Source of the DNA: the human T2T-CHM13v2.0 reference genome, Homo sapiens
DNA length: 64,000 bases
Direction: 5' to 3' (one strand)
Assembly: GCF_009914755.1 (NCBI RefSeq)
Contig: NC_060926.1
Positions within the stretch are counted from its first letter, which is position 1. The number at the start of each line of letters is the position of its first letter. Positions 1 through 13,727 of this stretch are shown piece after piece. A program made the translations under genes and the position numbers. A model generated the notes under the pieces. That model saw only the letters and a program-made list of their open reading frames with translations, was not told where the DNA came from and did no database searches.

Positions 1-34
1 TGAGCCTTCATGGGGTATCAGACAGCCTATAACC

Positions 35-184
35 TGTGTTAGGTGGAATAACAGCCCCTTAAGATGTCCATGTCATAATTCCCGGAAGCTGTGACCTACA
101 GAACTATAAAATGAAACAATGTATTTTTATAAGTCACTAAGGCTGTGGTTACCTGTTTTGGCAATAATAGAAAAACAATATACA
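35..184 (+). mobile_element. Internally deleted MaLR solo LTR (MLT1D/C-like)
   Basis: MLT1-type 5' end (TGTGTTAGGTGGAATAACAGCCCC..AAGATGTCCA) joined directly to an MLT1-type 3' end (CAGAACTATAA...GAAAAACAATATACA). Confidence 0.7.
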
Positions 185-199
185 ATCCATATATTTTCT

Positions 200-595
200 T
201 CCTGGGTTCAAAGCCATCTGAGGAATGGAGACACAGGAGGCAGAACGATGAAGATAAAAAATATTAGCATCACGACTGAGGGAGGTGATTTGAGAAAGTG
301 GCTTTTTATTTCTGCTCTCTGTGGACTTCCAGATACTTTCCTCCTGAATCAGAAAGTCTCATGCACCCAGCCACTGCTAGAGCTCTGCTAACTCATTCTC
401 CATGAATCTTCCCCAGGGAGCGTTCCACTTGGCTGGGAGCAGATAATGTGTGCATCCCGAGAGCAGACAGAACCAAGAGCAGGCAAACTTAGAAGACACT
501 CAGCTAAGCACTTGCTGACTTCTTACAGGTTCACCGATCAGGTAGGTCACTGTCTTAGAAAGGGAGAGTGATGGAGCTGGGGATGCTGGACATAC
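200..595 (-). mobile_element. Possible old ERVL-type LTR remnant, interrupted by the ERV1 LTR
   Basis: Minus-strand AATAAA near 305 and LTR-like composition; family not resolved. Confidence 0.3.
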
Positions 596-1613
<1,018 letters not shown>

Positions 1614-2347
1614 GTGTTATTCCAGGAGAATTTCCTCCATAAGGAGAAATGAGGTCAGGGCAGTAGAGAGTCCTTCTCTAATATCAGCTACTTGCCTAAA
1701 CTGGTGAAGAGAAGGAGAGAATAGAGGAAGGGTATTACTGAGAAAGTTCTACTTTTTACAGATTGAGACTTTATAAATTTGTGGTCATCATCTCCATCTG
1801 AGGGATCAAGTCTTTCACTCAGTTCGTTCTCCTATTGCAAACTGTCTCACTGCCCTCAAACTTCCAAGCCAAATATCTCCACCTTCCATTAAACTCGTGG
1901 ATCAGAGGAACAGCCTCAATTTTATGCTACAAAGTTCACAAATCTCCCTGCATTTTAATCCTGTTTACCACCTCCTGTCCTGCTGCAATGAAGGAGGTAT
2001 CTCTCCTGTTCTAATAGCCCAATTCCTATATGCTATTCTCCATATCACACCCTACTTATTTTCCAGACCTCATACTTCTGTTAAATTGCTCCTAATTCCA
2101 GGGGCTGTAATTTCTCCAACTCTATTGCCTTACTGTAATCAGTTTGTTAACATTCTCAAATTTTTTCCATTTGAAAAAACCCCAGAAAATGAAATGCGTG
2201 GAGTAGGGATGAGGGTGAGAAGTCAGTATGATTAACAAAATTGCTAGGGTGGGGATTAGGATGGAGGGTGAAGGTGGAAGTGAGGGTAGGGTAAACTTTG
2301 AAGGGGGCCTGGGGCTAATTTCAGATCACAGCTTTTAGCTGTTGGTC

Positions 2348-2661
2348 TTTTTTTTTTTTTTTTTTTTTTTGAGGCAGAGTTTCACTCTTGTTGCCCAGGC
2401 TGGAGTGCAATGCTGCAATATCTTGGCTCACCACAACTTCCACCTCCCGGGTTCAAGAGATTCTCCTGCCTCAGCCTCCTGAGTAGCTGGTAGCTGGGAT
2501 TACAGGTATACATCACCACACCCAGCTAGTTTTGTATTTTTAGTAGAGATGGGGTTTCTCCATGTTGGTCAGGCTGGTCTCGAACTCCTGTTCTCAGGTG
2601 ATTGACCTGTCTCAGCCTCCGAAAGTGCTGGGATTACAAGTGTGAGCCATGGCCCCCGACC
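2348..2661 (-). mobile_element. AluSp
   Basis: T23 tail; Sp diagnostics TTTCACTCTTGTTGCCC and TTTCTCCATGTTGGTCAGG; internal GTAGCTG duplication at 2483-2496; TSD starting TGGTC. Confidence 0.92.
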
Positions 2662-2739
2662 TGGTCCTCTTTTGCTGGGAGTAACAGCCCACAGCTTTTT
2701 TCACCTGGACCAAATCACTTCTTGGCAGTCCTGCTTTAC

Positions 2740-4150
2740 CCTCCATTTCTCCCTCCAGCTACTTCATGAAGGAGTTGTTGTCACCAACCATCTCTATTTT
2801 TAATCTTACTCCTCCATCCACCATAATGTGGTTTCACTCCCACCTCTGCATTGTAACTGCTTCTGCTAGGGTCCTTCATGTTGTTAAATGTGATGGACCT
2901 CGTGGAAATATTTGTTATTGACGATTCCTCTTCCTAAAAACTCTATTCTCTACAGTCTCTCTGGTTGTTCTGTCTCAGTTTCTTTTATCAGCTTTAAGTA
3001 GCTGTCAGCTGTAGCCTGAAAAAGTTGGAGTTCTTCAGGGGTCCATTTTTACTTTCTGCACCTCTCCTGGTCCATCTCATTTGATTCATGGTTTCACTGA
3101 CTAAGCAAACCCATCTCTGACCCCAGCCAAGTCCCAGCCACTTGTATACAGCTTCTTGTTTGATTTTCCCATTTAGATGTTTTAACACACCTTAAAATAT
3201 TTTAGAAACATGTCCAAAAGTGAACTTATCAACATCTCCCACAAACCTGCTTATCTTCCAGGTTTTAAAAAATTTTTAATATCTGTAAATAGCTCAGATT
3301 AATTTCTGTAAATAGACAGACTTGGCATTTATTCCTGTTTCATCCTGGCTCTCCCTAGTCCCACACTATCTTACGGAGGGTCTTTTGTAAATCTCTCAAA
3401 TCTGTCCATGTCTGTTTCTAAAGGCTAGAATGCTAGTCTATCCACTTTTATTTCTTATCTGGACTATGATATTAACCCTGTTTTTAATCTTCTTGCTGTT
3501 TATGGTTTTTATTTTTGTTTTTACTTCTCTGTCTTTAATGCCCAGAAAAGACTTGGTCACCACTAGGTGTACAATATGAATGAGTGAGGTTATTCATTTT
3601 TGTCTTTTTCAAAAAGTCTGGTTTACAGGCAAAATATTCATTGAAAATCATAAGTCTGATCAAATCACCAGTACTGTTTTTATAGCTTAAACACCTTCAA
3701 TGGGTATATTTGCTTCCCAAATTAAGTCTAAAACTCGGTTAAGCAGCCCTTTGCCTCTGTCCACCTTTCCAACCCCATCATTCCCTGCTCTCCTTCAGCC
3801 ACTTGATTATCCCTCACTGGGCAACCTTCAATTCCTCTCTCACTTCCAGGCCTTCAGTCATGCTCTTTCCTACAAAGCTCTTCACTAGATTCTTGTGCTT
3901 TGCTAACTCTTGCTTATTCTTCATCTTTCATACCAGCTATTCCTCCTTCAGACATGCCTAATCTGAGCTCCACGTTGCTTTTCCCATTATACTCTGCTTC
4001 ACATTTCATAACACTTCTCACACCTTTGAAAATTTATGTAGTGCCAGTATATTCCACACTAGCACCAAAACCAGGATTCTTGTTCATCACCATTTTCCCA
4101 GCACATCCAATAGGAATAATTGCCGAATAAATGAATGAACAAATGAACCA
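2740..4150 (+). mobile_element. L2 LINE 3' remnants (fragmented)
   Basis: Pyrimidine-rich L2-like text (CCATCTCATTTGATTCATGGTTTCA, GTCCAAAAGTGAACT) ending in the L2 tail AATAAATGAATGAACAAATGAA. Confidence 0.7.
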
Positions 4151-5554
4151 TGTATTCATCAACATGAATAATTTACATTCTCCTACCGCATCAATACGGT
4201 TGACTGTACATTCCTTTTGTTGTTCCTCCTTCTGTATATTCTATTTCTGAATTGTCATTTCTCCAGTATTTGGAGACATTTTCAATTTTTTTTTTCCATT
4301 TGAAAAACTCTGGAGTATGATACAAGCAGGGATGGACACAGGAGTTGGAGTTGTGGTGTCTGTTTTCCTGTTCGGAAGCAAGATGGTTTTGATTCCTTGT
4401 AAGCCCTCTTCCGGGTTCTTCTGACCTTAGACATAATCAAATCTGGAAAACCTTTAAGTCTGTGCAGTGATTTCTAACGCAAAGTACCTTCTATCTTTTT
4501 ACGTGGTGGTGGAAAACTAAGGGTTAGTTTTGAAAAATATGCTTGATAAGTGCATACATTTTAAATGTGGTTTAGATTAAATCATTTCCTAAGGGTTTCA
4601 TTTCTACTAGTTTTATTGGCAATTGGCTAATGTGTCCTTACATTAAACTATATAAAAGAAGTTCTAAAGGAATTGACTCAAAAGGCCATTAAATATTTTT
4701 CTTTTGAGAGGAAATTATTTGCCACATTTAACAAATCAACATCTCAAATGTAATCTACATCTTCAATATTGCCTTTAGAGCATTTTGAACAATAAAAACC
4801 AGAAAAATCTCTTGATTATTGTTGTACAGAGCTCCTTTTGGCCTCTTGGAAATTAGAGATAGAAAGATTGGAAAGAGAGCAATAAGAAAGGAAAAGAAAG
4901 TAGGGAGGGAGGAGAAAGATTCTTTTTCCTTATATTTTTATTAGTTTGCACATATGTTAACTGATGCTTTAAATCCACTTTCAAACTATTATGGAACTTT
5001 ACCAGTAGATGGGTTTTTAAAAACTTTGTGTTTGGGAGAGACTTTCCTTGAGGCTCTGAGGCTTCAGGCTAAACAGAGAAGTTGGGGAGGCTACTGCCGA
5101 GGTTTGGGATAAATTACGTGATGTGACTTTAAGAGCATCATCCGTGAGAAGATTTCTCCTCACATAGCTCCATCATGAACCTGTCACAGTGTCGGAAATT
5201 TTGCAAGTAATTATTTATTTCTAGGCTTAAGGGATTATATATCTAGAAGTCTCTGAAAATGCAGTTTTCTTGTAGAAGGTCTCTCTGTCTCTCCGACACA
5301 AATACATGTATACCACTTACCAGATATTAACACTAGTTAACCAAATACTTATCCTTAAGGGAAAGAAATGCAGGAAGGGGCATTCTGAGTGGTGAGACCA
5401 GCATACAACAGTTCTTTGGATGTAAGCAAAATCAAGTCATCTTTGTTAATAATAAATTATTGGAAGGAGATCGATGGCACCCACCATCAGAGGAAGAGGT
5501 AACCAGTCAGGCCTTAAGGATAGAAACTAGGGCAAGTCTGGAAACTTAGGCAAG

Positions 5555-5690
5555 ATGATTACCTCCCTATTCCTCAGTTTCCTTATTTGGAGACTTGGAG
5601 AAATAGTGCTGACTTTATGAAGTTGTGGTGAGGATCAAATGAGTTAATACTCATGAACTGCTTAGTACAGTGGATGGCACATAGCAAGAG
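5555..5690 (+). mobile_element. MIR
   Basis: Core CCTCAGTTTCCT...GTTGTGGTGAGGATCAAATGAGTTAATA...GGCACATAG. Confidence 0.8.
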
Positions 5691-5739
5691 CTATTTATAA
5701 CACAATGAAAGCAATCCCTCAGCTTGAATGTAGAAAGCT

Positions 5740-6140
5740 TTCAGGAGCTGCCAGTGGGAAAACTCTGGCCGATGGAAAGACAATGGTGACTTGGGCCAGG
5801 GACCTGGTGGTGGAGGTGATGAGAAACAATCAGGCTCTGGACTTACATAGAAGGAAGAATGCCAACTGTATTTGCTAATGGATTATGTGAAGCTTGAGAA
5901 AAAGAATAAAGAATGATGCCAGTTTCAAACCAGAGCAAATGGAAAGTTGGAAGTTTCCACTTATTGAAATGGAGAAGACTGGGGCCAATAAACAGTCCAT
6001 TTGTACATGTGTGAAGTTTAAGATGTCTATTAAATGTCTAAGGGCAGTTGTCAAGAAATCAGCTGGGTATAGGAGTCTGGTGTGCACTAGAAAGGTCTAT
6101 GTTTGAGTGGTAAATATGAAACAGCAAGTGAGAAAAATAT
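5740..6140 (-). mobile_element. L2 remnant
   Basis: Antisense L2 text (GGAGGTGATGAGAA, ATTTGCTAATGGATT, TTTAAGATGTCTATTAAATGTC). Confidence 0.7.
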
Positions 6141-7269
6141 ATGTAGAAGATAAAATAATCCCCAACTACTTCTAATGCTGTCTCCGACATTAATGAATTT
6201 CCTCTGACATTCATTCTATGTTCTTTTTTGTCTCTAGCCAAAGCTTCAACTGATTGGATTTCTATGTCTGATAAGACAATCTACAACTTTATTTCAGAGG
6301 TTTCTGTGCCTTTGGTAGAACTGTCTATAGTACATTTACTGAAATCACCATTAACATTTCCTATTGGCCATAGTAAATCAAGGTGGTAGTTGGAGTATCC
6401 TACTGGCTGGATAGGACTTGTGCAGTTCTGCAATAGGGAAGTTGGCAAAATGGGACAACATGAAAGTACTTTGAAGGAAGAAGTGTTGGGAGTGGGAAAA
6501 GGAATGTTCTAAAGTAAGATTTTGTTTGCTTCATTGATAATTACTTACCATCTTTCTCTAGGGAGCTGAAACAATGTCAAACTACACCCAGCATCATTTA
6601 TCTCTCCCCATAACTGGTGGGAGACACCGCTGAGAGAAGTGTGGGCAGAACTGCCTCAGCCCTCTTTCACTGCGGCACACAAGGTCAAAGCAGGTTGTGC
6701 TTGCACTCTTCTGCTATTAATTTTCATTATCCAAAGAGTCATTAGATGAAACTCAGCCCAGTTCTTTTTTTCTGTTCAGAGTTTATTATCACCACCTGAC
6801 TAATTATTAAATAGCAAGCAAGCATCAATTAGCTCCAGACACACACATGACAATTAAACTGCAGAGACACTACAGGGTTGAACAACACAGCCCCTTGGGG
6901 TGCATAATAATCTGGCAGAGACTAGAGCCCTATGTATAAGCAATAAAAGCCTTTAATTGACTTCATGGGAAATAAGGTCCTCATGTCAAAACATCTGGGT
7001 CCAATTTTCTGGGCATTTAAACAACTCTCTGGCTCTGGAGATGCATGGAGTATGCCCCAGGCTGCATCTTGACTGAATTTAACCAACCTCGTTGCTCTTT
7101 ATCCTTACCCCTTTCCACACCTTGCCACATAATGCCCTTCCTTCAACTCCTGGTCAGGCCAACCTGTTCTGGTTTGAAGTGATGGGTTTTTCTCCCTACA
7201 TCTCATCACCCAGTCTTCTGTTATGCTGAATTTCTGGCCATTCAATGGTCAGGATAGAAGGGTCAGATA

Positions 7270-7590
7270 GGGCACTTTGCACATGGTCCTTACCCGTTGT
7301 TTTTCTGAAAATGTGTACTTATCCTTCAGCTCCTGGCCTAAATGTCACTGACTTAACGTGGCTTTTATGGACTGCCCCTGAGTAGTTAGCTGTTTTATAC
7401 TCCATTTTCCCACTTCCAATCTCTGTAACAGTACTTATCAGATTTATGCTGTAATTTAACTGCTCACACATCTGTCTTTTCAGCTAACAGTGAGCTGCTT
7501 GAGTTTAGAGAATATGTGGTCCTTATTTTGAAGCCTAAGCTCCCAGTTTATGAGCCATTCAGTGAAAGTTTGTAGCATTAATGAACTGAT
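7270..7590 (+). mobile_element. L2 3' remnant
   Basis: CTAAATGTCACT...GTGAGCTGCTTGAG...TAATGAACTG, resembling the L2 3' end. Confidence 0.5.
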
Positions 7591-7752
7591 TTTTGCTTGG
7601 TTCACTAAAAAAACTAGGGTTAGAAATATGATTGAACTAAGTTTGTATTAAACAGTTGTTACTATTTTCCTGTAGTTAATTAAACACTAAGAAATATTGG
7701 TAGGTTTCATATTCTCTCCATGCTTAGGAAGCACAGGTGATATGCAATAGAA

Positions 7753-7932
7753 TGGTGGTTCTCTGTGGTCAGAAGACAATCAGAATTACCTGGGGGATTG
7801 ATGGGAATGTAGATTGCTTGGCCCTACTTAAGACTACAGAATCCAACTCTTTGGAAGTAGGGCTCAGGAGTCTGGATGTTCAAAAAGTTCCATCAGTGAG
7901 TCTTACGGAAACCTAAGTTTAAATGCCACTCT
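7753..7932. mobile_element. MER5 (hAT-Charlie MITE)
   Basis: GTGGTTCTC...ATCAGAATTACCTGGG...AAGTTTAAATGCCACT. Confidence 0.7.
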
Positions 7933-8324
7933 AGTAGAGGGAGGGAGGGATGATGAGATGAAGTTTTCCTTTATAAATGCAACCAGCATTCATTCAAAAT
8001 AAATAAAACCATTAGAGACCAGAATATATTGAGAGATGAAACTGTATTCTATCCTCTGATAGAAGAGAGATAACTTTTTATTCCCAACCCTTCTTACCTG
8101 CATTCTTATCCTTCCTTCAACTCTAAGGCTCTGTACATATCCTTAGGCCTATGTGTTTCATGACATTTTCCATGAGTGCCCCTAATAAAGGAAAGTGGAG
8201 TTATACTTCTGGGATTTTGGGGGTATAGGCCAAAGCAGCCTCATGGCAAAAAAATTTCTGTAAAGTCTTCAATTGTATCTTAAATATTCTTGTTGATTAT
8301 GAATTCTACTCATATATGGGTAGA

Positions 8325-8476
8325 ATGTGTGTGTGTGTATGCACGTGTATATATATGTATATACATATATACACTTGTATACATACATATATACATGTAT
8401 ACATACACATACACGTATATGTGTATGTATACACGTATATATGTGTATATATATACACACACACACATACACACAA
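8325..8476. repeat. Compound (TG)/(TA)/(CA) microsatellite
   Basis: ~150 bp of nearly uninterrupted purine-pyrimidine alternation. Confidence 0.95.
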
Positions 8477-8719
8477 ATATATGTTTAAAATAATGTTTTA
8501 AAGCACTTACTATAAAATTTAAGTTTCAGGATTTTGTACCTATTTTTCTTTTGTCATAACTGAATGGCTACTGTTTTGTCTGTTTGAAAGGATATCATCT
8601 CAAAATATCAGTGAATAAATATTCTGAAAGGAGAAAAAATAGAATTATAAAACAAGAAAAGCTATAATAGGCATTAAAAAGGAAATGATCTACTAATTGC
8701 TTCGAGTTGTCTTTGAAAT

Positions 8720-8860
8720 AAGATAGACCTAATTTAGTGGCAATGTAATCTTGAGCAAATGATACTACCTCTCCGAATTTACGGTCTTTCGTATGTAAAA
8801 TGAAAACACCAACTATTCAGCAGTGGTTGTAAGGAATCGAGATAATGAACATAAAACCAA
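8720..8860 (+). mobile_element. MIR remnant
   Basis: ATCTTGAGCAA...TGTAAAATGAA...GGTTGTAAGGAATCGAGATAAT. Confidence 0.6.
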
Positions 8861-8999
8861 CGGTGTATAATAGGATATCAAAAACAATGACTGTTGGTCT
8901 TCTTCTGGCCATGACAGAGTCGCTGATACCTGGATAGCCCACCCAGTATAAAAAACCTGCAAAGTGTACCAAACACAGGAAACAACTGTTTCCATCATT

Positions 9000-9815
9000 T
9001 ACCATTGTCAGGACATACGACTGTGGATCCTGACAGAAGCCAAACAACAAGGCAAGCAGTGTGACAATCCCAGCTTGCAGCCTGGAGGCAGTTTCTGGGC
9101 TATGCACAGAGAGAGGGAACCCAAACAGGGAAAAGTGGTCTTGCTGAGCTGAGACTACAGAGATCAGAATTTGGTGGGACTAGGGTGTCTACAATTTGTG
9201 GTGCAGGATGTTAGAGAGGAGAAGGCTATCCAGAGAAAGAGCTATGGAATCTGCACAGGGGTCTCCTCAGTTCCTTGGACAAATACACATCTGCACATCT
9301 AAAGGTGAAATCCACAAGACCACCTAGGCAACAAACAACTTCTGGGGAAAGAACAAATTATCAAAGAGCTGATAAACTGAATAATTCCCAGAGTCATCCT
9401 AACAAAGTTTTATAAATGGTCTTAAAGGGCTTGATGATCCACAAGCAAACTTATTGCCAGATAGAACAAAGACTAATAGTATTTAAAGAAAAACAACAAA
9501 ATCTGGATACTCAAAATATACTGACATTGTCCAGCATCCAATAATAAATCATTAGGTGAAGAAACAGGAAAATATGACCAATAACAAGGAAATAAATCAA
9601 TCTCTAGAAACAGACTCAGAAATTAGATATGATAGAATTATTTTATATATCTATAGAATTAGCAAACAAGAATTTTAAAAGAGCTATTATAAATATGAAC
9701 AGAGTCCTTGACTGTGGCATAATATTTTGTGATCAAACATACATTAAAATTGGATTCTTAGAAATGAGGCAACAAAATGTTTGAAGAAATTGTGGTCAAA
9801 AATAATGTCCTGATA
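9000..9815 (+). mobile_element. Old L1M 5' region / ORF1 start remnant
   Basis: AAGAAACAGGAAAATATGACC...TAGAAACAGACTCAGAAAT...GCTATTATAAATATG, typical of the L1M4-type ORF1 5' end. Confidence 0.6.
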
Positions 9816-10337
9816 TGAAAAATACCATTGCAGATTATGTAGAAGTGGGGAGGAAAACTACATTGAAAGGGGCAGAAAAGGAGTGCTAGGCTGATAATCT
9901 TACAGATGATCACTAAAGTAATTCTATCTTGGCTGATACTGATAGTAGTGTCATTGGTGGACGAGCATTTTTCATATAAGAGCACAATTTGCTTGGAATG
10001 TTTTAACTCACAACAAAGCAGTGAAGGTAATTTTAGGTTTATTTGTGGATTGTTTGATCCAGCCAACGGATTAGAAAAGGAGATAAGAGTTCAGGGACAA
10101 GATCTGTCCCGTACCAAGATGCATGCTAGCTAGTTGGGACTTTCCTTGAAAACATGAATACAAAAAAGATGGAGAAAATACAAAATACCAGAGCATTTTA
10201 ATGAAAATTCACGATGATCTGTTCAGTTTTGATTTGCTGCTTTAGGTCAGGAGAAGGCAATATTGTGGTAGAAGACAATATCTGCTGATTTCAATTGAAT
10301 CATCGTATCATGATGTCATTGTTGTGGGTTCAATACC

Positions 10338-10671
10338 TGCTATGGGTTGAATGTGTCTCCTCCAAAATTCAGGTGTTGCAAGTGTGATCGTGTTAGGAGG
10401 TTGGGCCTTTAAGAAGTGATTAGGCCACAAGGGCTGCTTCCTCATTAATGGGATTAAGACCTTTTAAAAAGAGGCTTCATGTATCATTTGGCTAGCTTGC
10501 CATTTCACCTTCTGCCATGTGAGGCTGCATCAAGATCTTCATCAGATGCTTAATGCTAGTAATTTAATCTTGGACTTCCAGCCTCCAGAATTGTGAGAAA
10601 ATACATTTATGTTCTTCATTAATTACCCATCTGTGGCATTCTACTGTAGCAGCACAAAAAACCCTAAGACA
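10338..10671 (+). mobile_element. MaLR solo LTR (MSTD-like)
   Basis: TGCTATGGGTTGAATGTGTC...CTAAGACA with perfect 5-bp TSD ATACC (10333-10337, 10672-10676). Confidence 0.9.
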
Positions 10672-10914
10672 ATACCTAACGAGACACTTTAGATTTTTAT
10701 GCTTTATTATGAGCCCATTCATCACATATTTGCCCTGGCCTGTTAGTCATAAATGAGTGTTATTGATTACAAGAAAAATGGATATTATAGTGTTGATAGA
10801 ACAGAAAATTTAGTTAAATACAAATGACAAGGCATGTAATCTTTTTTTTTTTTCTAAAAAGCAAAAACCACATCAAATGACAAAGATAATATTTGGGGAG
10901 AATCAGGCTTGTCA

Positions 10915-11372
10915 AAATATACTATTCACTTACCAGCACTATCCACTATAGCTAACAGGTAGAAGGAACCCATTGTCCATCAATGGATAATGGATAAATA
11001 AAATGTGATATATGTTTACAATGAAACATTAGCCTCAAAAAGGAAGGAAATCCTATTACATGCTACAACTTGAGGACATTATCCTAGTGAAATAAGTCAC
11101 AAAAAGTCAACTACGATACGATTTTACTTATATGAGGTAACTAAAGTAGTAAAACTCATAAAACAGAAAGTAGAATGTTAGTTACCAAGGAGTACAGGGA
11201 GGGAGAAAAGGGGAGCTGTTGTTTAATGGGCATAGAGTTTCAGATTTGAAGATAAAAAAGTTCTGGAGCTGTTTTACAACAATATGAATACACTTAACAT
11301 TACTAAATGGTACACTTAAAACAGTTAAAATGATAATTTTTTTATGTTGTGTGTTAACTGCAATTAAAAATG
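10915..11372 (+). mobile_element. L1MB 3' fragment
   Basis: TGTCCATCAATGGAT...AAAGGAAGGAAATCCT...CATAGAGTTTCAG...TACACTTAAAA. Confidence 0.85.
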
Positions 11373-11435
11373 AATACACGTACACATTATTTACTTAAAA
11401 TGTACAACTCTGTGGGATGCACATTATTTAAATCA

Positions 11436-11860
<425 letters not shown>

Positions 11861-12223
11861 TTGCTCCAGGAGAGTGGACAAGTTCATCATTGCAGGATGC
11901 TTGTGGCTGCTTAAAGATCCCTAGACCATGAGGAAGTATCCTTTCCTTAAATTCCTTTGTATTTATCCTATTTTTTTTTTTTTTTTTTGCTTCTCCTTTG
12001 AAACTATTTTTTGCTCATTTTATCTAGGAGTGATTTTTCAGGCTTATGAGTTTCAGACCTGATGATACTTTTAAGCATCTCGTCCAGAGTTTTCCACCTC
12101 TCTTGTGTGATGTGGGTAACATGGTATTTAGGGGGTCTCTACCTAACGTCTCCTGGAAAAGCTCTGTTTTTACCTATTTAATGTATTGGAATTTTGTGTT
12201 AGGATTTCTTTCCTAAAGAGAAC

Positions 12224-13097
12224 ATTTATTTTATTGTAAGAATATTTAATATGAGATCTATCCTCTTAGCAGATTTTTAAGTGTATAGTATTGTTAATTA
12301 TAGGAACCATACTGCACAGCAGATTTCTAGAACTTATGCATCTTGCATAATTGAGACTATATGCTCATTTATTGGCACCTCCCCATTTCTCCCTTCTTAT
12401 ACCTTCTGGCAATCGCCCTTCTATTCCCTTATTTTATGAGTTTGACTCTTTTAGATATGTCATATAAGTGGAATCACACAGTATTTGTCCTTCTGTGACT
12501 GGCTTATTTCACTTAGTTTAATTATTGAAGGCCCATCCCATGTAGTCATATAGCAGCAGCAGCTTCTTCTTCCTCTTCTTCCTCTTTTTCGTCTTCGTCG
12601 TCTTGTTCTGCTTCTTTAGCTGAATAGTATTCCATTGTATGTATATGCCACATTTCCTTTATCCATTTATCCTTCAGTGGACATTTAGATTGTTTCTACA
12701 TCTCGTTTATAGTGCTGTAATGAATATTGGAGTTGTACTGATATCTCTTTGGGATCCTGATTTCATTTCTTTGGATAAATACCCAGAAATAAGATTGCTG
12801 TATCATATGGTAATTCTACTTTTAATTTTTTGAGGAATATCCTTACTGTTTTCCATAGCAGCTGCACTGTTTTGCATTCTCACCAACATTGTGTAAGGAT
12901 TCCACTTTCTCCACATCCTCACCAACACTGGGTAACTCTTGACTTTTCGATAGTAACCATCCTAATAGTTGTGAAGTGATATCTGATCGTGGCTTTGATT
13001 TACATTTTCCATATGCTTAGTGAGATTGATTGAGCATCTTTTCATATACCTGTTGGCTACTTGGATATCTTCCTTAGAGAACTGTCTATTGAAATCT
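12224..13097 (-). mobile_element. L1MA9-like 3' fragment
   Basis: ATGAGATCTATCCTCTTAGCAGATTTTTAAGTGTA 3' UTR signature; internal CTT-rich low-complexity tract at 12553-12617. Confidence 0.85.
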
Positions 13098-13727
13098 AAG
13101 ATTTTATTTACAAAATATAAAAAAGATGTTGTGCTAGGAAACTAACTTAGTCTACCCATGCATAGATAGGTCAGCTGCAGCCCAGAATGACTTGCCGGGG
13201 GGAATAACCAGTGAGTGGTAAAGACAGGGTAAGAATTTAAATCTCTTTCATAATTTCCTCTTTGCTTCTCTTGGGGACTCTGCTTGCTAAACATGTATAA
13301 CTCTGCCCACGAATGTGGAACCATCTCATTCTTTTTATCCTGATTTTTGTGTATGTGTTTTATTTCCCTCTTTGAAGGGTAATGTCTTTGAAGGCACATC
13401 ACTCATCCTAGTGTCCACTATTGCTCGAGTTAAGACACAATACTTGCACATTCATTTATTCATTTAACACACATTGTGGTTGCTAGATATATTCCTGCCA
13501 GTAACATGAGTAAATATAGTAGTGATAGATTTAAGATGATATGGTCATTAACTTTCATCTCCTATTATTTAACCTTTTTGGGGCAAAAAATACAAGTTAG
13601 TCTTGAAGGCAAGTTTCAAAAGTAGAGCATTTTTAGAGCAGTTTCACTGTTAAAGTATAATATTATCATTGGAATGTGTTTTCATGATAAAAATGAAGCT
13701 TTGCTGTATAAGTACCGCACGCTAACT

